Shown one piece after another: positions 40,733 to 56,000 of a DNA stretch of 64,000 nt; position 1 is the stretch's first letter, and the number at the start of each line of letters is the position of its first letter. Below the pieces are notes generated by a model that did no database searches, was not told where the DNA came from, and saw nothing but the letters and a program-made list of their open reading frames with translations. A program made the position numbers and the translations under genes. Source of the stretch: Bugula neritina (lineage: Eukaryota; Animalia; Bryozoa); the NCBI GenBank assembly GCA_964035545.1, contig OZ037767.1, positions 16,089,292 through 16,153,291 of the forward strand, read 5' to 3'.

Positions 40733-41662
40733 ATGACAGAAAGAGGCACAGAGCTACCCCTTCGGAGGAATGAAGGTGAGGAAGATAACAATGCTATACC
40801 TATAGAACCAGAAGTGCGAGTATATAGGGAATGTTACGAAGAGAAGTACCGGCTGAGGGTACCCACCTTCTCAGGTGAAGAGCCGGTGGAGCAATTCGTT
40901 CAGGAATTCCAAGATGTAATGGAAGTTGCACAATGGCCACCTAGAATAGCATTGCTCAAGCTCAGAATGGCGCTGTCAGACAAAGCCAAGCCATACGGAG
41001 TGGGACCAGACATTGACGGCATCTTTGCTTCCCTGCGGGCCCGTTTTGGTATCTCCGCTGTAGATGCGCGGGCCCGTCTCCAAAGACTGCGGCGTGATCC
41101 TCACACGCCGCTACAAGAGCACGCTACCACGGTAATGAGGCTGGTGCAGATCGCGTTCCGCGATCTGCCGCAAGTAAACCGTGAGAGGTATACCTATGAT
41201 GCCTTCGTGCAGTCCATCAACGACTTGGGACTCTATCACCAACTCTTGGCGAGGGGAGTCACCACGGTTGAAGGTGCGCTGGCAGAAGGGGAGGCTTACC
41301 TCCTGGCCAGCCAGCTGCACCGGAGCCGTGTGACTTCTCGTCAGGTGGACATGGAGCCCTCCGCTGCTCCTACCGCTTCTCACGCGGAAACTCCAGCGGT
41401 AGCCAAGGTGACGCAGATGACGGTGGCATCACAGGTCGCACAAATGACCGACATGCTAGCCGAACTAGCCTCCGCCTTGGAAAGCCAGCTAGGCATCACC
41501 AGTGAGCTTGACGGGCCACCGGTGCAGTCGCCTGGTAGAGGACACCCCTCCTGCTGGGGGTGCGGAAGACCAGGACACTTCCAGAAACACTGTCCCCGAC
41601 TTCAACCAGGGTTAAACTACGACGGCCCGCGGATGCCCCCACATCCGGCGGGCAGCCGTTAA
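40733..41662 (+). CDS. gag: Gag of Gypsy element 1 (309 aa, intact)
   Basis: Capsid-like PTFSGEEPVEQF...W and CCHC knuckle CWGCGRPGHFQKHC. Homologous to the ORF at 57584-58402. Confidence 0.9.
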   Translation: MTERGTELPLRRNEGEEDNNAIPIEPEVRVYRECYEEKYRLRVPTFSGEEPVEQFVQEFQDVMEVAQWPPRIALLKLRMALSDKAKPYGVGPDIDGIFASLRARFGISAVDARARLQRLRRDPHTPLQEHATTVMRLVQIAFRDLPQVNRERYTYDAFVQSINDLGLYHQLLARGVTTVEGALAEGEAYLLASQLHRSRVTSRQVDMEPSAAPTASHAETPAVAKVTQMTVASQVAQMTDMLAELASALESQLGITSELDGPPVQSPGRGHPSCWGCGRPGHFQKHCPRLQPGLNYDGPRMPPHPAGSR

Positions 41663-43974
41663 AACCCCAAGGGAGGACACAGTGGCGTCCGCCACGCCGG
41701 ACACCCGTCCGGGACCTCGCGGAACGGCCACCAGGACGGCAAGCAGGCTGTACAAGCCGCTCGCCGCCGGTGTTCTCAATGCCACCCCGCAACAGGTTTG
41801 ACAAACAACGGACCGCAGAGTCTGCGAGGAAAGGTGCCCAAACGCCGCAAGGCGCGGCACCACCCCCTCGACAGCTGGTCCCGAGTCGTCGTCAAGCACC
41901 TAACCCCTCCGCCAAGGCGAGGGAGATGAGGTCACCCAAGATACCACTACATCCCCACGAGAGCAGCCTGTTTCTACTAGGACAGATAGCCGGCAAACCT
42001 GCCAGATATCTGTTGGAAACGGGCTGTACCACCAACCTCCTGGGTCGTCGATTCTTTGACACACTCAGTGCTCCGATCCGAAGCAGGTTGGAACCGTATG
42101 AAGGCGATCATGGCACCCTGGCAGACGGGTCGTGCATTCCCTTCTACGGTATCATTGAACTCCCTGGGAGCGTCTGTAACCAGACCATCCAGGAGAGGCT
42201 CATAGTAGGACAACTCCAGGAGGACGCCATCCTTGGGATGCCATTCTTACAACGACACGGATGTCGCATTGATTTTGGTAAATCTGCGATGATTATGGGC
42301 GGCAGGGAGCTCGCATGTGTCGATAAGTTTGGCCATCCCCTAACGGGAGAAGAGCCGGTAGTACGTACCTGTACTATGCCTGGCCACTCCCGGGGCACCG
42401 TCCACCGCAAGATAGACGGTGGCCGTACCTCCAAGCCGGGAGCTGTAGAGAGCGCGCACCCGAAAGTCCCACCTGTCCGCAGCTCTAACCAGCTGACACG
42501 GAAAGGAAAGACCTAGGTGCCATGCCTCCATTCCCCCTCAGAACCAGTGAGCCTACCACCCACCTTTCCACCAAGCTGTACTCCTTCTGTTCAAGAAGAT
42601 AACAGCAGGCCATCGCGGGAAACCGCGATTAAAAGTCCTCTAGAGAACCCGCCCTTCGGGCGAAGGACTGCCTCACCCCACAGCCAGGAGACCCGTGGGA
42701 GAACATCAGACGGTTGCGTGGATGACACACAGCGCCCAGAGACGGCCACGTCACTACACAAAACCGAGGCTACACTTCACCTTGGATATCCTGACATGCC
42801 CCCAGAAGTGGCACAGGACCCCCACGCCGAAGCCGTCTCAACCGATGGCGTCAAGGAGCTAGGACACCTCCAGGAACATATTCCGGGGGTGGTAGCCGAC
42901 GTCTATCGAATGAAACGGAAAGGGCGACGACCCAGTGACAGACAACGGAAGCAGGGCTGCGCTGAGTGGCAGCTGTACTGCCGACGTTGGAACGCACTGC
43001 GGATCGGGCCGGATGGTCTACTGACTATATCTTTGGCCGATAACCACCACCAGCCAGACCAGGAGAGGACCCTCTGTCCTGCCGCCATCCGCCAAGAGTT
43101 GATAGAAGAGGTACACCAACAAGCTCACGGGGGAGCCCAACAGGTGTTCACCGAACTACAACTCTGGTGGTATTGGCCTCACATGGAGCGTGACGTACGA
43201 CGCAGAGTTGGGCAGTGCGGAGTCTGCCGGGTCAGTAAGCACGGCCCCCCTACTGACGAGGTAGGGCGGCGAAGGCAAAGTGCAGAAAGACCCGGGCAGA
43301 CGGAGACTGCTAACCTGGTCGACAAACCACCTAGGATGCAACCCAAAGCAGTGGCGAGGCAGGAAAAGCCACACCCGTTCAGGGAAGTGCGCTCACCGCC
43401 GTTAGCGTGCAAGCCGCCACCGCCACTTCCTAGGTCAGGAACCGACCTGGAAGTGCAAAAACCCCCCAAGGGAGGGGCTCCGTGCGGAGGTACTGGGAAA
43501 GCTCCATTTGTCACAAATTGGCTGGAAGCACCACCTGTGAGACGTGACCGTCCACGGGTGCGTAAACCACCATGGCTGGAGACAACACTTCCCCAGGCTC
43601 CGAACGGAGATGCTAGGAAAGCTCCATTTGTCACAAACTGGCTGGAAGCACCACCCAAGAGACGTGACCGTCCACGGGTGCGTAAACCGCCTTGGTTAGT
43701 GACGACACCTTGGAAACGGTGTCCTAAGCCAGGCCCCGCGTATCGCAAGGACTTACCACGTCCCGTTCAGGGCGCGGTCAAACGTCCGTCGAGACGCCGT
43801 CAGGGGAAGAGAGCAGAGCGTGGGAGTTGTGAGCACCACGAAAATATCAACTTTTGCCTCGGCGGAAATTCAAATAAGATTCATACGCCGGAGGTAATAA
43901 ATCATAGTCACGTTTCACAATCACGCTGCTCGCTCTTTCACCACATTAATACAGCTTTGAGTAGACGTAAGTAG
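41611..43974 (+). pseudogene. pol: Internally deleted pol of element 1 in the -1 frame: protease (DTG->ETG), integrase HHCC zinc domain, Pro/Arg-rich tail
   Basis: YLLETGCTTNLL...GTLADGSCIPFYG...DAILGMPFL and H-QQA-H...WYWPHM...CGVC align to the pol of element 2. One TAG at 42514-42516. Confidence 0.85.
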
Positions 43975-44003
43975 AATTCATAAACATACCACTCTCATCC
44001 ACA

Positions 44004-45035
44004 ATGGCTTGCCAAGAATCGAGGGGTGAGTTAGTTATGTTTTTGGTACAAGGGCTAAACTGTATTAATCAGCTTAACTATAATAGAGTAAGCTGGAGAC
44101 TCGATAATGATTTTTAGTGGTGAGAATTCACATTGACTCTAAGACTGAACAGTCTGTTACAGCAGTGTGTGTTTTCGATCAACTATTCATTAACTGAGTC
44201 TCACGAGTGTCTAATTGAGTCAAGTACCCACCAGGCGTTATACGCCGGTTGTACTCACAAATACCCTCTTACACTGTTATACTCTTGCAGATCACACTCG
44301 ATCGACCAACTCTGGGTCACAGGATCTACACTCTCTCTCCTCTTTGGATAACGGACCGGAAATGGACAACGGACTGCCCGCGGTGCTGCGTCGAAGACAC
44401 AGATGGGTGTCACGATGAACGGAGCGGCAGATTGAAGAAGCCTGGGGACCGAGTAGGTCACAACACACCTGCCACGTGTGTTACAAAGAGCTTCCCTCAC
44501 ACCAAGGACTACGGCCGCATGTGAATGCACACTTCCTGCTACGGTTCTGTCCGTGTGGATTTCACGACGTGTACCCATACCCTGTCCTGGCTCACATGAT
44601 GGACTGTTTCGCGGGCGAGGGCTATGTAGTAGATGGGGACAACTACGACCAATACCTAGAAGCGGTCAAACCAGTGGTTAAGAAGGCTTTAACCTGGGCC
44701 GCATTATCCTCCGGATTTTATACATTGCTAACATAGCCGCCCGTCAGAAGTCCCCTATGGTGAAAACGGTCGCTGCAATCATACCGCGGCTAGACAATAC
44801 CTCGATGGAAGCATCAGACTCTCCAGAAGAAGCGACGCCAACCCCAACCAGGCCTACCTAGCTAGCAACCGTCGAAGAAAGACTCCTGCGGCTGCAGGAT
44901 GAATTCACCCAGTTGGCTCCCGACTTACTCAGTACCACAATGGGCCTTAGTGAATTGAAGGGCTCAGTGGGACGCCTAAAGCGTAGGCTACGTGCACGGC
45001 AGGCACGACACCGGATCGAATCTCTACAAAAGTAG
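44004..45035 (+). pseudogene. Spliced accessory gene of Gypsy element 1: tandem zinc fingers + C-terminal coiled coil (degenerate in this copy)
   Basis: Exon 44004-44025 (ATG..G|GTGAGT), intron to ctcttgcag|44291, in phase. Gives CHVC-x12-H-x3-H then CPC-x12-H-x3-C, then LATVEERLLRLQDEFTQL..LSELKGSVGRLKRRL. TGA at 44416, frameshift near 44733, TAG at 44858. Confidence 0.65.
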
Positions 45036-45655
45036 GAGCTGACAGTTGACAATTCCACCCCGCATGTTCCCGGGGTACTACATTGTGATTATGCATATGC
45101 TCGACTGCTAATGACCTACGATCCAGGACTCTCTCTTTATAGCTGGCCAGTTGTGCGCTGGCCATCCGTTATCTTACTATGTGTTTATATATGTCATACA
45201 TTTGATATTTCTTTTCTTTCTCTTTGTGGGTTTTCTTTACTTATGTTATTTTTGCATTATTATACTATTTCTGTTTTTATCAGAAATTATGGCTTTCTGC
45301 TGGTGGGGGCGGTGTAATGGGATTACGTAGCATAATAATGCATTTGTCTCCTCCTGTTTGGGAATACTTATAACTATGTTTTACTATCCAATCAAAAGGA
45401 CCGGAAGACAAGGTTCCGGTCAAGTGACTGTTCGCGGGTTAGCTAGCAGAAACCATGTGTGTTGAGAGCAGGGGCTCGTAGTAGTAAGACGTGTTATAAT
45501 CGATTGATGTATTGTGGTTTTGACATACTGTTATAATTATGTTTATCGAAATAAATAAAGGTTATCGTACGCAAGCTCTGTTAGTAGTTGCTAGTTAAAT
45601 TGAAACTAAATACGCAGGCAATCCACGCTTGATAATTGTGCTAAAACTCACAACA

Positions 45656-47261
<1,606 letters not shown>

Positions 47262-47489
47262 GAGGTGCGTTTTTGGAAAGGGGCAATCTAATAGTAAGCA
47301 TTATGGAAGGGGAGATGACGGTATGACAAAGGCTTGGTATCACTGGGCTAGATGAACCATAAGAACTCTACCCTAGCATCACATCTCTTTGCCATCTTGA
47401 TCTCAACTTGCCAGTTGAGAAAGTTCAGGACTGACCAGAGATTCAATGATGTCCCTGAAGATGCTAGTGCTAAAAAGCCCACTTTATAT
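47262..47489. repeat. Direct duplicate of 40125-40352 (Gypsy-1 pre-insertion flank)
   Basis: 'gaggtgcgttttt...aaaaagcccactttatat' is present at both places with high identity. Confidence 0.9.
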
Positions 47490-47823
47490 GTAGTAAAAAA
47501 ATATTACTCAATAGAAGTACAAACAAATAAAATGCAAGTGGTGGCTGACACTGAAGGTTACTAATAAGAGGCAAATTTCTTGTAAAGATTCTGCTACTAC
47601 AATGGAAATTGATGTTATCAGTATATTTGTAATTTGAACATATACATGATCAAAATTAAACATTTTCAAAGCGAAAACAGCTGTCAATTTATTTTTGTTC
47701 TGGGAATGCTTTGGCTTACAGAAAAGTTTGTTGTATTTAAGATGGTTAGTAATTATGATCTTACAAAATAGCGGCAAATATAAATAAAATCATTTATATT
47801 GTTATGAAATGAGCAGCGCTTTA

Positions 47824-48508
47824 CCCCCTGTTCACACATTGCCGCACCGTACGCCGCAACAGCAAATATCCGCCATCTTTGTTAACATCCGAGCTGAATC
47901 GTACCCCGGTATACGCTGCGGCGTCGATCAAGCAGTGCTTGATTCAAAAAATCACGGCGGGCTCCTATTGGGTAGAGTTGATCTGGCACTAAAATTTAAA
48001 GAACATTTTCGCGAGTTTATTTTAATCGCTTATTTTTGATTTAATTTAACTAATTCAAAAGTTTTAAAAGATTACAAAATCTTTATCCGGCTTGTTTGAA
48101 TTAAACTCAGCTTAAAAATCTAGCTTTCGCTAATCACAAAAGCATGCAAACAAAAAACTTAAAATGATTTGGACGGCTTAAATATTCGTTATTTAAATTA
48201 GTTTGCACAATTATCTTAAAAACGAATATATTTAAAAGAAAGATTCTTTTTATGTAATTGCTTTTATTTAATAAATAGCATTTATATAACATCTTTTGAT
48301 GAAGAATGTTGCGAATAATTTGTAAATAATATCCAAAAGCGTACAAGTCACCGCAGACTAGAGTTAGTTTTATTATGATTGGTCACAGCTCATCCACATG
48401 CGTTGTACTTTTACGTCAATGTGTGAACGCCCGTTGACAAAATGTAACAGTGGCACCATTTTGTTTGTTCTGTTACGGCGTACGGTGCGGCAATGTGTGA
48501 ACAGGGGG
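47824..48508. mobile_element. PIF/Harbinger-type MITE, family 2
   Basis: TIRs CCCCCTGTTCACACATTGCCGCACCGTACGCCG (at least 33 bp) and TTA target duplication. Confidence 0.9.
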
Positions 48509-48814
48509 TTAGCGTCGGTACCGTATAATTATTGTTTACATCTCGTAACTAAGTAGCTAGCCGCCACAATTAACGATCCTTGACTCCGTCGCTAAAAAGT
48601 TTCATTTAATTTATTCAAAATACGTTTCCGTAATTTTTCGCTGCGCGAATGAAAACTCTATTTGCATGCAAATCAAGCAACATAATATTATTATTATTTT
48701 TCTCTCCTTACTATTATAGAGCCGACCTTTGTAGTTGAGTGACGCGTAATAATCCTTCTGCGCATAGAACTTCCCCGTCATTGTTGGTTTTATTTTGCTT
48801 TTCTCCGTTACTAG

Positions 48815-50791
<1,977 letters not shown>

Positions 50792-53019
50792 GTTACTAGT
50801 TGCGAAGTGTCCGACCAGTTTACTGACTGATACTAGACACTATAGACTCCCGTGAGGTGAAAACAGTCTGAGTCATATCATCATTTCTCAAATTAATCAG
50901 GTACTTTATTACTTACTATCCATAAGCATTAGATTTAATATTGCAATTGGTTTTATTACCATGTCCCGTGTCCGCTATCACTCAGCTATGACTATCATCA
51001 TCATGATCATGAGATGAGTGATCATCCTAAATTTATTTATAGTCATAAATGATAATCATAATGATAATCTACCTTACTCAATTTAAATATTAGAATATCT
51101 TACCACTGGCACTAGTCAGTTATTAATCTCAATGCATGGTAATCCGAATCGCTACATGTTATCATAATGATAATATTAATATTAATAGCAACGGCATGAC
51201 AAATAGGATCAACCTGAAAGGATTTTTGCTTAGAGTTTATTATAAATATAGCCAAACATTATTCAGGCTAGCTCTAAAAGTAAAAACATAGCTGCAGCTA
51301 TTGTAACCATCAACCAACTAAAAGTTAACCCACAGTCAACATAATATTGTAGTGAATTTTGCCAGTTCACTATTATTATGTGTGGGTCTACTTAATCAAA
51401 GCCACTGCACCAGGTTGTTTACGATAAGATACTTTATTATTTACACGAATACAAGAAGGTTATTTACTGCTAGCATGAATAGAAAACGATTACATAATTA
51501 GTGAGCTTTAATACACAACTACTCTAAATGAAGTCCCAAGCTGCTCTGCCGGCTAGCTACTCAGCGCACTGCAACTACGAGTAGCTAGCTCCACCTGCTA
51601 TCAATTAGTGTGACTGTCCTGATTGGTGGTTACTAGTGGTGCCACTGCTGTCCACAGCTACAATCCGACAGTGTCGAACTCACAAGATAATAAACAATAT
51701 AAAGTGAACCTTTTCGATTACTACAATAATAATTGCACCACTAAAATCTATCATACTCGCCACACCTATCGAAAAGTACACTCTACGATTGATGCACATA
51801 ATCTCAAAAAAATAAAAGGAAATAAAAGTAAAATAAAACAAAATATCAAAACAACCAGGAATGAGAGAACACAAAATATGTATTCAAAATGATGTCCATG
51901 TTGTAACACGATCGATCCGGGTCAGTCACAGGGTAGGGGGGGGGTCTCTCACCAAATGATGTAGGGTAGCATGAACTTAGTGAGAAGGAGATGTACTGCT
52001 TCACACTCGTCTAGTCGAAGCCAAGCGATGGGGGCCGAGAAGTCTCCAGAAGAATCAAGCGTGGCAAAGGAGTCTCTCCCAAAGGGGGGAGAGAAGGAAA
52101 AGGGGGTTGGAGAGTACGAAGGAATCTCCCCAAAGGGGGGGAGATGGAGGGGGGTTGACTGGTCTCTTCACTACCAACGTCTACCTCGTCGCCGTCGAAT
52201 TCCCAAAAGGAGGAAAGGAAAGACTCCTTCTTCTTAACTTCTATTTTTACTTTTTAACTTCATGCAGGAATCTTTAATATTACTTCTTCTGCTTATTATT
52301 ATTTTATACGGTTTTATTATTAGGATGTAGCCACAGGAGAGAAAAGAGAGGAACTACTCTGTCTATACCGGAACGTGATCACCAGAGGAGGAGAGGGAAG
52401 AACTACGTGTCAGTTGTCTCTGGCACTTCTGTTATGACGGCCATCAGTACTGCTGTCATGTCGCTACAAGAATCCAGTCAAGCAGCCAGCATCTAGCCAA
52501 AAGTTGAGATGAATGATGTGACTGCGCTATGCCATGAGAAGGAATTTGGCCCCGCCATTCCAGTCTCACCTGCAACAGAATGCCAGCGACTGTTGAAGGG
52601 GTTTGCACCTGTCAGTACGACAACTCGATTGAGTCTCGCAATCACTAACCACTGATTAATAATTAAATCATGTGGTCGACCGCCCCACTCAAGTCGTCAG
52701 TGAATCACCTGACTTGGGAAATCAACTTTATCGTTATGATAAAGCGAGACTGATTTAGGCTACCAGCTTGAATTCTACTTAAGTAATAGAATTATACTAG
52801 TAGACTTACCATAAGACAGCCCTGACTTTAGTCTGCTGCCCACTTAGGCTACGTAGTGCGCCAGCCTGCCAAGTACGTGCGTGCACGTTGGCAGTTGAAT
52901 CAGAAAAGAACGCTTTCCGCAGTGAAAGTGATTGTATAATACCCCTTTCACTAGCGAGCTGACTTCGCTCTTTTCTCACCCCCGGTGGTGTTTTGTGTCA
53001 CACCACTGGGGTAGGCAAC

Positions 53020-56000
53020 TCACAATTGCGTCTCCTTATACCTTGGAAACGCAACTCTCAATTGCTCGTCCCCCCAGATTTCTTTTATGATAGCTGATGG
53101 ATGTTTTTCCACTGCATCACACAAGAAATCTTTTAAATAAGATGGAGGCGTCCTAGTGCGTTGCCTACGCTCCAACTGCACTGGGGAATTTGCTACGACT
53201 GGTGACTCTTCCACCACGGGTGGTGTCGCCAGTACGGGGGGGTCCACCAGTACGGGTGGTCCTCCCCCAGCTGCGTCTTCCTCATGATTTTGAGGAATTT
53301 CCATCTCATCCGGGACGATGGGCCTGTCAACCGGCTCCACAGGTGGTGGGGCCGGCTCTGACAGGTCTTCAGGTGTGTCGACCTCCTCTTCCTGGGGTGG
53401 AGGAGGCTGGGGCTGGTCGGCCTACGCATCAGCCGCCCCGTCCTGGTCTGGCAGTATCTCCTCGATCTCTCGATACGCCATGGGTCGCCCCCTCATAGGA
53501 GGGCGCCTAGCTGGCTCTAAGAGAGGAGGTGCTTGACCTGCCGCATCAGGACTTGCCCAGTGAGGTTTCAGCCGTGCCTCGTTCTGGATCGACACTTGTC
53601 CAGACCGTTCCACTTTGTATGTATGGTTTGGCATTACCTCAATTACGCAGTAGGGACCTACGAACTTCGGCTGCAACTTGGCTGCCTGTCCGCGCCTGCG
53701 GCGATGACTGGTCATCCAGACCCAGTCCCCCACCTTGTATAAAGGTGGGTCGTCAGAGTCACTACTCCTGACCTGCCACTGCTGCTCACGTAGCACCTCG
53801 TGAGCCGTCCCCATGCGTTTTACGAGCTTGTCCACGTAGTCGTGGACATTGCTCTCGGGAGCCGGAACGTGATAGGTTACGTGCTCAGGAACCCTTGTTT
53901 CTCTCTCCAGCATGAGAAAATTAGGGGTCTCCAGTGTACTGGAGTGAGGGGTACTACGGTATGCTCGCATGATCTGCGGCAACACCAAGTCCCACTCTTC
54001 CTGGCTCCTACCGATAAGCAGGCTTCTCAGAGAGTCCCCTAGCATTCGGTTGTTCTGCTCCACAACCCCGTTCCCTTGCGGGTGATACGGGGTCGTCCGA
54101 CTCTGGTTTACCCCCCACACTTTACAGAGATCGCTCATAAGTTGCGACTGAAACTGGGCGCCTTGGTCAGAGTGTATCTGCTCCGGCAAGCCGAAATAGC
54201 AGAACACCTGCTGATCCAAGGCTCTGGCCACCGAGGGGGCCGACGCATCTGGAATAGCCAGTGCATCAGCCCACCGCGTGAAATGGTCAGTTAATACCAG
54301 TATCCAGTTATTACCTCTCGCTGTTGTGGGCATGGGGCCTACCAGATCGACAGCAACCACCTGCCACGGACGACCGGCATGGAGGCGACGCCTCCCTGCG
54401 GTCTCAGTGGGGCGGCCATGCTTGCTAGCTTGGCACACCTCGCACTTCCGCACCCTGAGTCGGACATCCCGGGTCATACCAGGCCAAAACCACTGGAGTT
54501 GAAGACACCTGATCACCCGGCTAGCTCCTGCGTGAGCTTGCTTATGGGTGTCCCAGATCAACTTCCGCCTCAGAGCTGACGGGCAGACTACCCTCTCTCG
54601 TTCACTGCGATTGGTGCCGGCTGCCAACGTGATCGTTAGCAGCCCATCGCTGTTGAACCTGAGGGAGTCCCAGCGGTCACAGAAGTACTTAAACTCAGTA
54701 CTCTTCACTCGCTGTTCGGCCTCACTCGGCCGCCGTCCCTCCTTCTTGGCCCGGACTAGGTCAGCTACCACTCCTGGTAGCGTAGACTGGAGCCGACATA
54801 GCTCCCTGACGTTCCGAAGCAACGTGGGGTTTGCGTGAAGGTTGTTAACAGCTTTGTTGGGCGATTCGGACAGGAGTTGCCCTTCTTCCCAGCTGTACAC
54901 ACCCGCTTTCCCCAACTGCGCTTCGACGTCCGAGCGAGGGGGTCCACCATCCCTGCGCTCGATATTCTGGCATTGCTTACACCCATCTGCCTGGCGGCGG
55001 CTGAGTCCATCTGCATTACCGGGTCGATGCTCGATCCGATAAGAAAACTCTGCCAGGATCTCTAGCCAGCGCGCCACTTGGCTTGATGGTTCTGCCCGTC
55101 GACACAGCCATATCAGGGACGCATGATCCGTCCGAAGCCGGAATGTGCGCCCATATAGATATGGTCTAAAGTGTTTGACCGCCTTGACTACTGCCAAGAG
55201 TTCCCTCCTGGTTGTACAGTAGTTCTTCTCAGGCGCCGACAGGGCCTTGCTATAGTAAGCCACCACCACCTCTCGACCATCTTGGACTTGCGACAGCACA
55301 GCCCCCACATTATGGTTACTGGCATCAGTATCCAAAATGTACTCCTTCGCAGGGTCAGGATGCGCCAAGATGGGTGCTTCCACCAGGCGATCCTTCAGGT
55401 GGTCAAATGCCTTCTGCTCAGCCTGCGTCCACTGCCATCGCACCCCCTTTGCGGTCAGCCGATTTAACGGCTGTGCAATTCCGGCGAAGTCTGGTATGTA
55501 CTGACGATAGTACCCTACCAGTCCCAGGAACGCCCGCAATTCAGAGAGGTCGACAGGAACGGCCCAGTCCCTCACAGCCCGTACCTTCTCGGGGTTGGTG
55601 GCGACCCCGTCTCGACCAACTACATGGCCCAGGTACTTGACCTCGCGTTGCAGTAATGCACACTTCGAGGGCTTTAGCCTCAGGCTAGCAGCTCGAAGTC
55701 TGTCCAACACCTCCCTGAGTCGACTGACATGTGTGTCGAAGTCGGGGGAGATGACGATGACATCATCGAGATAGATGAGCAAGGTCTTCCAGTGCAGTCC
55801 ACTCAGGACCTGCTCCATGAGTCGCTGGAAGGTGGCTGGTGCGGATGTAAGTCCGAATGGCAACACCTTCCATTTCCAGAGCACATCCCGCGTTATAAAC
55901 GCGGCCTTGTCCTGTGCTTCAGGACTCAGGGGCACCTGCCATTACCCGCTTAGCAAGTCCAACGTGCTGAAGAACTTGCTACCAGCTAAGGCATCGAGCG

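Larger units (their letters stand above)
40353..45655 (+). mobile_element. Ty3/Gypsy LTR retrotransposon 1, non-autonomous (RT, RNase H and integrase core deleted)
   Basis: LTRs 40353-40697 and 45313-45655 (TG...CA). PBS TGGTGGCAGCGGTGGGAT at 40699, complementary to the tRNA-Leu 3' end. PPT 45302-45312. ATAT on both flanks. Confidence 0.92.

Noticed and set aside
47352-47564. 70-aa ORF; another frame faintly resembles a hAT dimerisation motif (YPSITSLCHLDLNLPV)
   Set aside because: Too short, interrupted by stops, and not supportable without a profile search.
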